From positions 692,203 through 756,202 of the forward strand of contig RHPI01000260.1 of assembly GCA_009103225.1 (NCBI GenBank): DNA of 64,000 bases. Direction: 5' to 3'. Source of the stretch: Chlorokybus atmophyticus (Eukaryota > Plantae > Mesostigma and Chlorokybus algae). The translations under genes and the position numbers were made by a program. Below, in pieces: positions 29,162 through 43,386 of this stretch (position 1 is its first letter; each line of letters opens with the position of its first letter). Below the pieces are notes generated by a model. The model did not search any database. It saw only the letters and a program-made list of their open reading frames with translations, and was not told the origin of the DNA.

Positions 29162-29280
29162 GTTGGCGGCGGCGTGTCAGCCTCACGTAGCGTTGAAGAC
29201 CACTCCGTCGGCAGCGACGACGACAGCGACAACAATACCACTACACTGCAAGCAAGCCAGGAGCATGCGCATCGCCGAAG

Positions 29281-29288
29281 AAACCCTA
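29281..29288 (+). promoter_or_regulatory. Telo-box in the ~230-bp divergent promoter between BDP1 and VPS52
   Basis: Exact AAACCCTA midway between the two ATGs (29161 and 29394). Confidence 0.45.
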
Positions 29289-29393
29289 AAAGTGCATTCA
29301 AAAGTGTTTGTTACAGCACTGCCACGTGGCGGTTGCCCCGTGGGGCGGCGGCGGGAAGAGGACGAGGAGCAGCAGGAAGGGTAGGACGGTAAG

Positions 29394-32300
29394 ATGGGGG
29401 TCAATACGATAGAGACGGGGGTGGTGTCAGGCGGTTCCGCTCCCCCTTCTGTCGGGAGCCCTGCGGCTGGCGGCCTGAGCAAGGAGGAGCAGGGCGCCAA
29501 GGTGGATGGTGCCGTGGAGGAGCTTGCGCCAAAAGACCTGGTGGCGGCGGTGTTGGCGGAGCTCTTTGGAGACGATGGAGAGGTAGCCAATCTGTACATT
29601 CTGACTCACAAGCTTCTCTCGTCAACATCGCGTGCGGAGTATTTTGTTCGTTGCTTGTCCACCACCATGCTGCGTGCCCAACTGTCTACTATCGCAAGCC
29701 CTAAGCCAGCATTACAATGCCATGGCATGTAGCAGTCAGACACTGTATCAATGAATTGATGAACGAGTGACTTCAAAGGCAACGTTTTGGCTTCAAGACG
29801 CCTCACATATACTAGAGACCTTTTGCTCACGCACGTTGCGGGCTGTTTTACTGCCGCACTGCACTTAAGACCTGTTCAGCAGATGCACTTTACAAAAAGC
29901 AAGTCAAAACCTTACATTGCGCAGACCCATATTGCTGCGGAGCCAGTGCAGAGCATGCATGCACACGTTGTATTGTAAGGTGCTACCTGCTATGTCTGTT
30001 TCGTCAGGTGGTTTTCTTCCCATCAGTTATATATCATGCGTTCTCAGCCCACAACTTGTTTACTGCTCAAGAATCTCTCCAGGACTTTGCGGTTGCTTTA
30101 CGGATAGGAGTAATCAGTGGTGTTGCTTACATACAAGAACCTGGCAGATAATTCGCACAATGCCATTGATTTCGTCTACGTGTTGAGGGACGCTTTCTGT
30201 GACCCCGTTAAGAAGCATGCAGTCTAACAGTCATCTGCAGGACCTATCAGCTGCTCGAAGGGCGGAGGTGGGCGCACAGCTGGATGCCACTGGTGGGGAC
30301 CTCACACTTGGGGAGATCGATGCGCGAGGCAGGTTAGCGAGTGTCCATACCGCATGGCCTGCTTTGGTTTTATCCTACCCAGATCCTTACAAGAGAGTGT
30401 GTTCTTGTCCATGAAACTGGCAGGGATGATCTCTCGTTGGAGGGGCTGGGCAAGGAGATTGACGAGTACTCAACGCACGAGGTGCCTTTATCACGTGTGA
30501 ACAAATGAAACAGGTTCTTGTGCTAGAGCTGCCCGGTCTTTCATAGGCAGCGATTGACACTCGCTGGCATACAACAGATTGTGCGGGGCATCTTGCAAGG
30601 CGGAGCCGAGTTGAGGTCGTATGCAACAGATGTGGAGAACCGCCTGCGGCAGGTTGAGCTAGACTCTATCGAGGTACGAGTGGGATGTCGGGTGTTGGGT
30701 TGGTTTAATGGCAAGCTGTTTATTCTACTACATGGTTGAAACTGACACGATTGACCCCTACCCATCTATGTGTTCACCTGTGTTTCTGGCCTTGCAACCA
30801 ACCAGGATTACATGGCAGAGAGCGACAACCTGCTGGCACTCCATCAGCAAATACGCGATTGCGACCGCATCCTGGCTGCCATGGAGGCACTGCTTGGAGG
30901 CTTCCAGGTAGGCTTGACTCGCAGTTTAGCTCACACTACTACTCTTGCTTTGTATCAAGCAGTATGCAAGTTTATCAGTCTGTACGCAGGCAGATCTGGG
31001 CAACATTAGCTCCGAGATCAAACACCTCCAGGAGCAGTCGCTCAGCATGAGCATTAAGCTACGGAACAGAAAGGCACAGTCAATGCTGCCTTGTTGGTTA
31101 CCAAACTTGTAGGTGGTTGCTGGTACCAACAGAGAAATGATTTGGTTGCAGGCTGCCGCTCAGCAACTCGCAACCTTCGTAGGAGAGGTTGTCATTTCTC
31201 CCGAGTTGATTGAAAACATCATGGAGTCTCAGGTGGGAACAGCTCAGGTTGTTTCTGTGTTCATGATGGTTTTGCTGTCCAGCCCTCGTGATACATTGCA
31301 GCATGTGTGACAGGTTACAGAGGATTATCTGGAGTTCTTGGTGTCCCTGAACAAGAAGCTCGCTTTTGTCCGCGACTCACCCCTTGCAGCTCATTCGGCG
31401 GCCTTGAGGGATGTTGAAGGCGAGCTTGAGCGCCTGCGGGCCAAGGCTGTGGGCAAGGTGATTGTTGGTTGCTTATCCCTGTTGTAGGGCTTGGCGGTGG
31501 GCTTTATACGGTTGTGCTCCTGCTACTTGCCGGGTCGGGTCATCAGTGGAAGTTGAAACTGTGCTTGCAAGATTCCTTAGTTGGTACTTTGCGTCAACAA
31601 ACCTGTTTATCGCTCACCCCACAACTGCTTGCCATATGCGCAGGTGCGGGATTTCTTGATGCAGCGGTTCTATGCTCTCCGCAAGCCCAAGACCAATGTG
31701 CAGATCCTCCAGCAGAACGTCCTGCTCAAGTTTCGCTACTTTGCTCAGTTCCTCGCCAGCCATGGACAAGAGGTGATGGAATGCTGACTTGTTTGTCACA
31801 GTCATGTGTCCACGAAGGCATGTTTGTGTGTGCCGTGTTGTGGTGTTGCCAAAGTATGCATTTGTGTATCAGTATGCTTGCAGAGAGTGCTGCAGACAGA
31901 TAATCGGGCATCACACCAAGCCATGTGCGTCACAATCGACATACTGATTGCATGCAGGTTTATCCAGAAGTCCGCGGCGCCTATGTAGAGACCATGAGCA
32001 AGATCCTGTCTGCGCACTTCAGAACGTACATTGCAGCCTTGTCCAAACTGCAGGTACACTCGCTGTAAGCATAGCAGGAAGACAGAGCTCAGAGGAAATT
32101 TGATGCAGATGGACATTGCGAGCAAGAATGACCTAGTGGGCGTTGACGAGTCAAAGTCCGGAGGCGGTGTGTTTGGCGTCGGGCGTGGTGGCAAGGATGC
32201 ACTCAAGAATCGCACTACAGTGTTCTCCCTTGGTGAACGAGCTGCCATTCTCAAGGTTTGCATCCCTGTTTCTGTGGTTGAGCACACATGTGGTTGATAA

Positions 32301-34552
32301 CTGTTCTCATGCGTATGCATGCGGTTGAAAGCATGCATGTGTACTCATCTAGGCATTGGCCACATATGTATACAGGACATGGATGCAGCAGCTGTGGTGC
32401 CGCATATGGCTGAGGCTGCAGGTCAAAAGTTCCCTTACGAGGTAGGAGGAAGAGACGCAAGTCAGGATGTGAGAGGAAAAGTTGAGCGCTGACATGAAAC
32501 ATGTGTCCATTGTGTCCAGGTGTTGTTCCGGAGTGCCAACAAGCTGCTCATGGACACGGCCACATCAGAATACCTGTTCTGCTGCGACTTTTTTGGCCTT
32601 GAGCAAGGCGCTCTCGTCTTTCGCGAGCTCTTCTTTCAGGGACCTCTCGCTGTTGTGGAGGAGCATCTTGCTGCTGTCCTCCCACATTACCACGATGCCA
32701 TAGGACTCCTTCTGATCATCCGGATGACCCATCACAATCAGGTAAAAATTGTTTGTTTGAAGGGGAGACTCTGTGCCAGAAAAACCATCGTGTTGGCCAT
32801 GGCCAGGATGATGCACTGGTACTAATTTGATGTGGCATGAGATTGCTGGTGCTAGTTGTACCGTATCTGTTAACATTACCACCTGTCTACCAATATTGCC
32901 ATCTGCGTCTATTGCCAACAGCACTGCGTTCAGCTTTGTAGTCACATGGGCATACGTAACTGCTGTGAACTGCGTCTGTAGCACTAGTAGCAGTATTACG
33001 GAAGGTGATGTTATTATCGGTGCCTTGCCAGCAGCTGCAGCTGCAGTAATACTGTCGGTGTTTGTCGCTGACTGTAAACATCAATTTTTCTAGCGTTTTC
33101 ATCAGTATCAAGTATGTAAAGTGCACAATTGTCCTGCTAAGTTGGTGTTTGTTGTAGCCGCATGCTTGCATTGGTTGTACCAACTTGGCGCACTGCGTCT
33201 GGCAGCAACCCCCGCCGCAGTTGGGCTCAACAAGCAGTAGTGTCAAGCGTACACTGACAGATGGCAGTAAACGCCCTGAGTTATCCCATGGTATTGCAGG
33301 TGACAATGCAGAGGCGGAGGGTGCCCATTCTTGACCCTTACTTTGACAAGGTGAACATGCTCGTGTGGCCACGCTTCAAGGCGGTGTTCGACCTCCACCT
33401 GGCCTCCATACGGGATGCAAGCGCCAGGAGGCTGTTCAACGGAGACATTCACCCCCACTATGTCACTCGACGGTACGCGCTGCATGGTGTGTGGTTGATG
33501 TTGAGGCGCATGAACTCTTGTTGTGGGGATGTAAAGTGCCTCAGCAAGCATTACCACTACCTGTGTTGCTGCATGTTGCATGGTCAGGTTGCTGACACAA
33601 GCAAGCGCATGGTCCTTGGCTCCCAGGTACGCAGAGCTGACGGCATCACTGATCCAACTCAACATGGAGTATGGAGAGGCGCAGATGGACGCAAACCTGG
33701 ACCGGCTGCGCCTTGCCATGGATGATCTCCTCTTGAAGATGAGCCTCATTTTCCCAGTCCGCAAGAACCAGATTATTTTTCTCATCAACAATTATGACGT
33801 TATCCTCTCCGTCTTCAAGGCAAGTAGCCAATACTTGATTATAGTGCATTGAAAGCCTGTTAAATCAGATTTGTTTCAGCCTGTTAAATCAGATTTGTTT
33901 CTCACTTAAGACTGCTCCTGTTCAACAGGAGGCGGGTGATGCCGGTGGATTCGGTCCACACCAGCGGCACTTGGACGAGCTCGTGCGCTCATACACCAAC
34001 CTATTTGTTGAGGAGCAGCTTGGCGAGCTCTTTGGCCCCCTTGTGGCGTTTGTGAAGCGCGCTGAGGCTGAACTGCTCAACAGCAATATCGGTATGCAGG
34101 GCAGCCAGACAAATGGAGCGGCCGAAGGAAACACCACCAAAGATGCTCAGATACTCACCAGCGCAGGTGCGCGGCTGACTTTAACACCTTTTGCATTTGC
34201 AGGCTATGGCATGCCAGCGTGAGACCGTCTGAAATATGCGTCCTTCACATAACCCAGTCTGTTGTTGATGATCGCAGGGTTTGGATTGGACAAGGCAGAG
34301 CCGCTGTTGAAGGAGTTCGCACGCACATGGAAGGGTGCAATAGAGGGCATGCACCGCGACGTAATGACTTACTTCTCCAACTTCATCTGCGGCATGGAGA
34401 TTCTCAAGGCTACCCTCACACAGCTCCTGCTCTACTACACACGGCTTCTCCAGGTCGCTAAGCGCGCTGGCGGTGGTGCACCCCTCTCAAAGGATGTTGT
34501 CACTATCCCGTCCATTATGTATGAGATCAAGAAATACAGCAGGACTTTTTGA
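29394..34552 (+). CDS. VPS52: Vacuolar protein sorting 52 (GARP/EARP complex subunit), many exons
   Basis: VENRLRQVELDSIEDYMAESDNLLALHQQIRDCDRIL, ADLGNISSEIKHLQEQSLSMSIKLRNRK, RKPKTNVQILQQNVLLKF, DIASKNDLVGVDE, TVFSLGERAAIL, FPYEVLFRSANKLLMDTATSEYLF, HYVTRRYAELTASL, FLINNYDVIL, SIMYEIKKYSRTF-stop. Confidence 0.95.
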
Positions 34553-35447
34553 GGTTCAGTGTTGTAGCTTATGCAATGCTCATTGCGTCCAGTGTACTCT
34601 GCATGTGTGTGCCTCTGTCTGCGTTGTTTGTGACCTCACGGCAGTTCCTGACAGCATGAGCGATGGCTGTGTGCAAGTAAATTTCGGTGTTTTCTAAATA
34701 ACGCGGGCAAACACTATTAGTGATGCTTTGATGTGAGTCTTGGCCATATGGCCAAGCTAGTTGTCATGGCCAACAAGCCAGCACCTACAGTACTGTAAGT
34801 TTTCACCTTTCATTATCGCAGCATGCAAACCATAGGTGAGTGAAACATAGATGGCCATAGATGGCAGTTGAATCTGGCACATGACGAGCACATGTTGCAA
34901 ATTCTGGGGGGGGCAACCATTGGTTTCCACGCCCTAGGCCAAGCACTCCAACGTCCTGTCAACTGCGTCAACTGGCTGATGCCCGGCTTTCAACACCCCC
35001 ATGTATAATCTCATGAACAGAGCAACTTGCTGGTGCTGCAAGGTCTGAGCCGTGTGGTAGCCAGTGAGCTGAATCCGACAAGCTACGACTGGAAGCCCAA
35101 GATGTTGGTGGCCATTGCCATGCAGTGTGCAAACTGGATCCAGCATAGAGTGCATCCCCACAGCAAATGCTTGCCATGGCATGTCACTACATCAGCCGCG
35201 ACGTCATGTACACAAATCATGCAAGCAAACACGACACGTAGCATAATCACAACTAGTCTGTACAAGTGGAGATGAATCTTGCACGAAGTTGCTGCAGCTT
35301 TGCACCAACCTTCAGTACCACCCCTGCCATAGAACCTCTTATTTGTAAAGCAGCATGCCCGTACGCACGCTTGCAGTAGTTGCTGCCTGAACCTTACAAT
35401 ACAAAACACCAACACACGCCCCAGTACCCGCAAGCTGCTGGCTAACT

Positions 35448-37385
35448 TCAACTTTTAACCTTAAAGTAGACCACAAGAATAATAGCACCCAAAAGGGCGA
35501 GAATGATGCCAATCATAATCAATTTGTTCTGTACCATTCTGCGAGACATCCCTTGCAGAATCCTCCTGCTTGTTGTGATGTTGTCATCCGTCCCGTGCAA
35601 CTGCAGCCGAGCAATGCTGTGAGAACACTGAACATCTAACAACAGACACCAACCCCAGTCTATGCATACAACCCGCAAACTACACAATCATTCCGCTCAA
35701 CAGGCAGTGCTGTAACAACCAAGTGCAAGCCGCACTGACATTGCATAAGCTGTTACACGCGCAACAGCTCCACGATGACACTGCACTAGACCGTAAACCA
35801 TAGACCGAACCATAGCAATGCATGCGTGCAATACAGACAATGTGTTAAGGTTTGCCTGCAGACAGATATGACAACATGGTTTAACATAACATAATTGCCT
35901 GCTGGTCTGTTAAGTGCAACTGTGACCATCACATCTGCGTGAAGCTGCAATCATGGAGAAACGATAATGTAGCCTTACCGTGTCGCGAGAGTGTTCAATG
36001 ACTTGCCGCTGCCGGTGAAGGTCTTGCAGTATGCTGACACCGAGCTCCTCCGTCTCTAGCAGCGTGCGCTTGCTCTCTTTGATGCGCTCCCCCGACCGAC
36101 CAATTCTGTCTGTTGTGGTCAGCAGCTTGGCTCTTTGCTCAGAGGACACAGGCTGCACAGGAAGGACCAATTCAGTGCACGCTCATCTGCACGCGTGTCA
36201 TGTTGGCTGACACATGCGCATTCACCGTAACATCCTACCCAACTTGAACTACACCACTTCACCAACAAAACACAAGTCATAGACAAAGGTGCAAGGTGGC
36301 TTGAAGCCCACACAAGCCAACTTGAGGCTGTGCCGCAAAAGCATTGGTCAGCTTGCACGCTTACTGCATAGTCGCCATCGCCATGCCCAGACTCCATGAG
36401 CTCCGCCCTCGCGGCATCGTGGCTTGCAGCAGAAGATGCACCGCGTTTGGCAGCTTGCCGCAGCTTCTTCAGGTCATCATCGCACTCCTTGATTTTTGTC
36501 TGCAGCGGCGTACGCAAACTTGGACCCACGCTCCTCGCTTCCAACTCCATTTGCTTAATCTGTTGCCAACAAAACCAGCTGCTGACTACCAGTTGTTAAC
36601 TAGAAGTACACAACTATAACACAATGCATTTTTGCGACGTGTAAGCAACTGGACATCGTGCAGGATACATGCCATGCACACACAAGAGCAGTGCAAGCTG
36701 TACATGAATCACTGCAAGCTGCTGGAGGTTTGACAGCACAGACAAGTAGCACAATGAACATTGTTCAACTATCGCAAAGCGTGAATGCTGGAATCACTTC
36801 TGTTCACACGCTACAAAAGTTTTTTCACTGATAAATGTGTGTTGTTCCGCATGCAGCCTCTTTGCATCATGCTCGCACAAACTTGCTTACCAGATATTGA
36901 GCTTCATCCAAGTCAGACTGGATCTCCACCTGCTTCTGCTTCTTTTGCTCTGTGACACGCATGATGCATAGCTCAGCTAACCATCATCATTCCTCCATGA
37001 CGCCAACACTGATTGGCAATTGCGGCAGTCCAGAACAACCAAATGGACCGCTGAACCTACATAGTACCAACATGCTGGAATATACTATACGCATGTTGCG
37101 CGCAGCAACGTCACACAAATGCGCTTGTCGCGCGAATGCATTGCTTACACTAAACCACTGCGGAGTCAATGAGGAAAACAAAGTCAAGTGAACAAGAACC
37201 GTGCAATGCTAAACTAGAGGGCTAGCCAATGAGGGGCAACTAGGAACACTGACAGCTAACCCGGCCTCTCTCCCGCGCAGCGCACACGTACCGCCTTGCA
37301 GCGTCGGGAGGACGGCGATCTTCTTGTTGATGATGGCGGAGAGATCCCCGTACTCCCGCTCGTAGCCTCGAAATATGTCGCTCAT
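35448..37385 (-). CDS. VTI1: Qb-SNARE VTI1 (VTI11/13-like)
   Basis: MSDIFRGYEREY..., IKQMELEARS, ARAELM, QRAKLLTTTDRIGRSGERIKESKRTLLETEELGVSILQDLHRQRQVIEHSRDTLHGTDDNITTSRRILQGMSRR, then a C-terminal TM anchor LIMIGIILALLGAIILVVYF. Confidence 0.92.
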
Positions 37386-38424
37386 CTTCGCCCGCCTCCG
37401 CCTCCGCCTCCGCCTCCACCTGGGCGGTCACCAGGCCACAGGCAGGGCCGCAGGTACACAGGGCGCAGGCTTTGCGCTCACAACCCTATTTTCCAACTCC
37501 CGGAGTTAATAGTATGTGGAAAGCAATGCCGACCTCGGCCAGCACCTGTGTGACCTACGGCTTCACAACGACAACGACGTCGTCCCCGCCGCCACCGCCG
37601 CCGCGGACCGTAACGCCACGTGGCGTAGCACGAGCTAAGTTTGACTCCCCAGGCGCGGTCAATGCCTCGTGCACTGGCTGCGGTTGTTGTGCAAAACAGC
37701 GTTTCATACCACCACAGCGAAACTTGTAATTCATGGTTCCAACTTGGAGCTTCCAAAGGAGCCAATGGGGTGACTTCTTATTGGCTCCAAGGTTAGGAGT
37801 CCGGAAACCCCTAAAGAGCCTCACTTGACTAGTGCTTGCTGTCGACAAGCAACATAGTGATATTTATTAAGTTTGAATATATTGTATGTAAAGATCATGA
37901 CACAAGTTTATAGCTCCTGCATTCTCATATGCTATCAAATAATAATGTAAGATGGACGTAAGCATGTGTGATACTATTATTGTTGAAAAGGTCAACTTAT
38001 ACCGGGAGGGCGCACATTACAGCACACAATGCCCTAATCATTTGAACTCCGCTAATCAACAATGGGCTATATAGCTTTTCGTAACCCAAATTTAGATTGA
38101 AATCTTATAAACACAATCATAAGCAAGTGTTAATAACATTGTCCTTTTGCAAGCATGCTCAGCAAAACCCTCAAATTTAGTATACGATTGCTGGTATTTC
38201 TGCAATGCCATAACATCGCAATTGTCGTCAGAATATAGCTTATAATTACGCATCCCACTCGATTATACCTAATGTGAACAATCGCAAACATTACATTAGC
38301 TAGGCCACAATTTTGTTTTGTGGTTGCATGTGGCAAAATTCCCATCACGGCATCGCATCAGTGTTAGCTTGCATTTATACGTTATGGTTGTACATATGTG
38401 TAACGTAGATATATGGTTTCCTCC

Positions 38425-38631
38425 NNNNNNNNNNNNNNNNNNNNNNNNNNNNNNNNNNNNNNNNNNNNNNNNNNNNNNNNNNNNNNNNNNNNNNNNNNNN
38501 NNNNNNNNNNNNNNNNNNNNNNNNNNNNNNNNNNNNNNNNNNNNNNNNNNNNNNNNNNNNNNNNNNNNNNNNNNNNNNNNNNNNNNNNNNNNNNNNNNNN
38601 NNNNNNNNNNNNNNNNNNNNNNNNNNNNNNN
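38425..38631. other. Assembly gap (N run) inside an AT-rich intergenic island
   Basis: Run of N flanked by C-rich sequence. Confidence 0.99.
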
Positions 38632-39295
38632 CCCGCGCCCCCCTTTCCTTCGTAATCTCATAAACATGTACTTGAAACACGTTAGCTCCATATAAAACCA
38701 TCCTGTGTTTATATGGAGCTCGATTTGAGTCTCAATCCATTGAAAGCAATGAGTACTTTAGCAATTCAACATATCGGCGATGTCTCGTTATGTTAGTTTA
38801 ATTATATAAATATGTAGTATGCATATGTACATACACTACATATGCAATGCGGATTCTGTATGACTCATTATTTAAAACGGTTAATCATGTAATGTTGAAA
38901 ACAAATAGTACATAAACAAACTCTTCTTCACTTGAGTCGGGGTTGATTCTGCGTATGTTCAATACTGACATTTGCAGCAATATGAATTCATCTCAACCAC
39001 TTCAGTGTTTTGTATCTACATGTCTGAACATAGCTTAGACATCCTTAGTGTTGTAGATTTATCGGTAGGTCCATACATGTAGAGTCTATGGACGTATCTG
39101 CTTATGGAGTCTATAATATAGAGTCCATGTGCACCCACCGTGATCCTGCAAGTATCAAGAGCCGCTCAGCAGGGCTCGGAGGGGCGTAGCGCTGAGTCAG
39201 TGTTGTTCCGAGGTCGTTGTACAGGAGGCACAGGCAGCGGCGGCGGCGGCCGGGGGTTCCAGAGAGGGAGGCTAGGCTAGGCGGCATGCAATCCG

Positions 39296-40561
39296 ATGGC
39301 TGACCCCTTGACCTACCTTTGGCTGGCGCTGGTGGAAGCGGTGCTGCTGGTGCCGGCATCCCTGCTGCTGGACAAGGTGGAAGCTTGCCTCAGTTAGCAT
39401 AATTGCTTGTGTGCGCGCATGTACTTGTTGGTGGGACTTGTTGGTGTTTATCAGTCATGCTTGGTGTTCAGACTTTTGTGCCGGTTCGGGCAAACTTCGC
39501 TGCTTGCACAGTCTTACTTGACCGGTCAGCCTGGGTTTGCATGCGTAGATAAGAGACGTATTCAACAACCTTTGGTGACCTTGTTTAAAGCTATCGTCGC
39601 ATCGAGTCACATGCACTGTGACTGAGCTGTGCTTCAACCTGCTGAGTAAGCTCTGGCTGACTTGCAGCCGTCCAGCAAGCGACCGCTGTTTGTCCTGGCC
39701 TGCCTTACCTGGATTTTTGGGTTTTCTATTGTGGCCATCAACGTCTTCAGCCACGGACACCACGAAAGCCACCACAGCCACAAGGTGAGCATCAAATGCT
39801 GCGACTTCGTCCTGTGACAACCAACACTTTGCAGCAGTAGACTCTTGAAGAACTGGCTAGGGCTTACAATATGACAGCCTTTGTTCCGTGCATGCATAGG
39901 TTATGCCTCCAGCAGCAGGGAAGCACATGCACTCTTCCATCCATGCAAATAACAAACAGCAGATGGAAACAGGTTATATCGACACACTACCTCGCGCATA
40001 TCCTGTACATACGCATATGCCACATACAAAGGAGTGCGATTCTCACGGTCTTTATGATTAAAATTGCGATGCCATTTCTGCTTGCCTTGTGGTCACTTGA
40101 CTGGTGTATGAGAGGGTTCATACTTTGAGGCAGTGCGGGGTGTGCAAGAGACATGAGTTGTTGCAGTGCAATGTCTCATTGACTGTTGCACACATCAGGT
40201 TGAGGAAGGCGAAACCAAGTCAGACAAGGCTGCAGTGCAGCAAGCTGGTCCAGTGAGGATGGAGCAGCCATTCAAGGCCGCACAAGTGCAGGAAGCAGCG
40301 CACCAGTCTGCACTGGTGGAGAAGCTGGAGGATATGCCGCCGCCGGTGCTTGCGAAGGTGGAGGTTCATCCAATGGAGGAGAAGGTTGTTACAGCAACAG
40401 GAGAGGAGCGGCCCCGCACACCGCGCCAATCGGACCCGGAGGTCAACCTGCCGCCTATCAGCACTGAGCACATACGTGTGCGCACGCCGCTGCAGCCGGA
40501 TGTACTCGACCGTTATCAGCCGTTTGAGACGCAGAGTGCTCTTCCCAACGTTGCACTCTGA
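39296..40561 (+). CDS. Putative small membrane protein of unknown function (exon structure and start uncertain)
   Basis: Exon-like blocks with GT/AG borders: MADPLTYLWLALVEAVLLVPASLLLDK, RPLFVLACLTWIFGFSIVAINVFSHGHHESHHSHK, and a final charged exon VEEGETKSDK...ALPNVAL-stop (40199-40561). No family recognised. Confidence 0.4.
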
Positions 40562-42619
40562 ACGCTCACAGCCCTCCCCTCTCAGCAGCCTGCCTACTTC
40601 TAGGATTAGGATGTGTTGGTGATGGAGACTTGTGAAAATGTGTATAGCTCTGTACATATGTGGTCTGTGCAATGCACGCAAGGGCGTGCTGGTAGTGGGC
40701 ATCGTAAGCAGGAGCGTGTGTTGTTGCTGCAGCTGGTTGCAACTGTGACCTGTCATTCTCATCTTGCTGCCTTGTGCCTGAAGGTGCATCACTGGCACGG
40801 CTGAGGGGAAACATGGCAAGCTGAGTGTTTTGTTCTTAATCCGCACGCAAGACAATCTGTATACAGCTGCAGCACAGTACCAGCCTAGTACTGTTTCATA
40901 CCCATGTTCAGTATCAGTATACAATACTGGTTTTTATCCCCCCCTTTGGCCATGCCCATACCTACCTACTCGTAGCAACCCTCAAGCACTATCCGTGATT
41001 GGAAATTGCAACACAGTAGGTGATTAGTGTCGTACTTGGTGACTAGCAGTAGGTTAGCATGTAGCCCGGTGGTGTTGTATATGGGATTGTGGTGACAACG
41101 GTGTATAAAACAATGGCGAGGAATTCACTGCGTGCAACACACACCACACAGCCTGCACAACACAGCGCCGCCAGCAGCTGCATGCCACTCGCCAGCGCCA
41201 TATGCAACATGACACACATTGATGATGCAATACCAACGGGAGTGCAGCATGCTGTGCATGCAAATGTACGCTGCGCGCCGACTTCGAAATCCTAATCCTA
41301 ACAGCTGGTCCGGTGTTGCGGCACAGTTCGCGGCGCAGAGCGGTGGTGGTGGAGACGGCGAGGGTGGAGGGGAGGGAGGGGGAGTCCACATCCGCATGTT
41401 GCTGTGGTCGATGTTGCTGCAGTGAGGCCGCTAACCAAGACACATGCGCAGGTGATAAACATGACCGTAGCCATGCATGCATGCATGACTAACAGAGGGC
41501 AGTAGGAGTAGGGGTACGATAGCAGGCAGACTTAGCCCGGTGGTCGTATTCGCAGGTGCATGTGGTTGCCTATGTGATGTGTGAAAATGCATGTGTTCAA
41601 CATCCCTGTGCTTATCCTGTACACATACGCACCTTGAACACAACCACTGGGCTGAACTGTTCACCACCTCTTTCTACATCTACTCTACCACTACAGCTGT
41701 GATGATTGCATTTATGTCACAGATGCGCTGTGACTTGCATGCACGAGACCCGCCTTGCATCTTTTGTACACGTAGCAAGCAAAGCAGCTGCAGCCAAGCT
41801 ACGACATTGCGTTGTGGATTCATTGTACACAGCGGCTCCCAGCCTGGCACGCGATCCATCCCATGCTCCAGCACTCAAACCGCACGCTGCAAGTGCAAGC
41901 TACTTGCTATGCATTTATGAACTGACAATGCACAAGAAGCCTGACAACCTGCGCAGCCTCTCCAAACCCCGCGACTGCGCCACGTGGTGTACACAAGTTG
42001 TGACACTCTCTGCGTACACGTCGTAACGGCTGCTGAAAGGCGTTCGCTTGCTTATTAGAAGGCCTTTCGTACTTCTTCTTCTTTTTCTTCTTCTTCTTCT
42101 CCTACGACATCTATTATCATTGACATATAAGCGTCCAATGTCATTGCTGCCACCATACCTATCTGCTTTACAATACATATTCAACTTACAACAAAAGACG
42201 TACACTCTGTCATCCTAAGCAAGCGCAGTGTCTGCCTCAGTAGTCGGAGGGCCTTGCGGTACAGGACCCCATCCCAAAACTGCGGCCTCCGTCGCGGCTC
42301 CTCCCTCCAAGATCGCTATTGCCTGCGCCCACCGCAAGGCGCATGCCACACTTCGACGGCGGATGCGGATGAAGCTCTCCCGGCGCCGTGGCTCCGCCCC
42401 GCGCAATCTGGCGATATGACGCGCACACAAACAGCATATGCTGAAAGTCCTCTCCCTTTGTACTTTACTCTTGCACTGAGAGAGGCTTGGCGAAAGCGGC
42501 GGGGAAAGAAGCGGGTTGGCGGTGGAGCTTCAGGCGGCGTGGCGGTGTAGTTTAATGGCTGGGCGGTAAAGTGGCTATTAACACTAGCAATAACCTTGTG
42601 TCGCTCGCTAGCCACAATG

Positions 42620-43386
42620 GGCCGCCCACTGCAGCATCGCATATCGCTGACATAGAAGCAAACTTCACCCGGCTGAAATACCATGTGCTTGGTTGACCTT
42701 TTTGCGCAGCTGTGCGGCAAGATGTCCGAGCTGTAGATTATTGTTCAGGGCTATAGCAACAGATTGGCCGTAATTGACGCCCATTGACGAGCCAGTAAGC
42801 TAAGCTGGAGCGTCAAGATTGAGGGCTCAGCCGGCTGCTTGCGTTCCACAACCGTCATGCCATCTACGCTTTGCTGGATAGGTCCCGAGAGTAGCTATTT
42901 GGCGGCGACATCCCTGACGACTTGCGAGGTCCAAAATAGAACGTATACCTCTCGCAACTTGACGAGGCAGCATACGGCAAGCTTGGTGTGACGCTACGTG
43001 CGGCAATTGCCAGCAGGTATGGTCCGGGCATGGGACAGCCATTGCCTGCAGCAGCGGCATATGACTTTAACGTGGACTACATTGCTGCCGCCACTGAGGA
43101 TGCACCACGAAAGGAGCAAGAGAGTTACAAAATATTGTAACGCTTTATTGCCAGCCTGGAAGAAGAACTAGGGTTGGTGTTACGGTTGTAAACGTTAATG
43201 TGCAATATGTTTAAGTTTGTGCTATTAAAGTAGTGTAGTTTTCTAGCCAATACTTCGATGGCCAGTGCAAGCTGCAGAGCACAACGACGGTACACTCTCG
43301 TCTCCCCAACATCGTGGTGGTTGCGGACATTGTGGGGTTACGTTTGCAGGCGTTGGCGACATGCATATGCTATGGAAGAAAGCATG
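42620..43386 (+). pseudogene. Decayed intron-containing ORF of unknown identity, interrupted by the chromovirus (continues at 52591-52669)
   Basis: One frame runs ~42620-43172 with about 8 internal stops (...GLSRLLAFHNRHAIYALLDRSRE*LFGGDIPDDLRGPK*NVYLSQLDEAAYGKLGVTLRAAIASRYG...FIASLEEELG). A phase-consistent GT-AG intron (43173-43246) joins QYFDGQCKLQ..., and the frame stays open across the reconstructed empty GCATG site. Confidence 0.35.
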
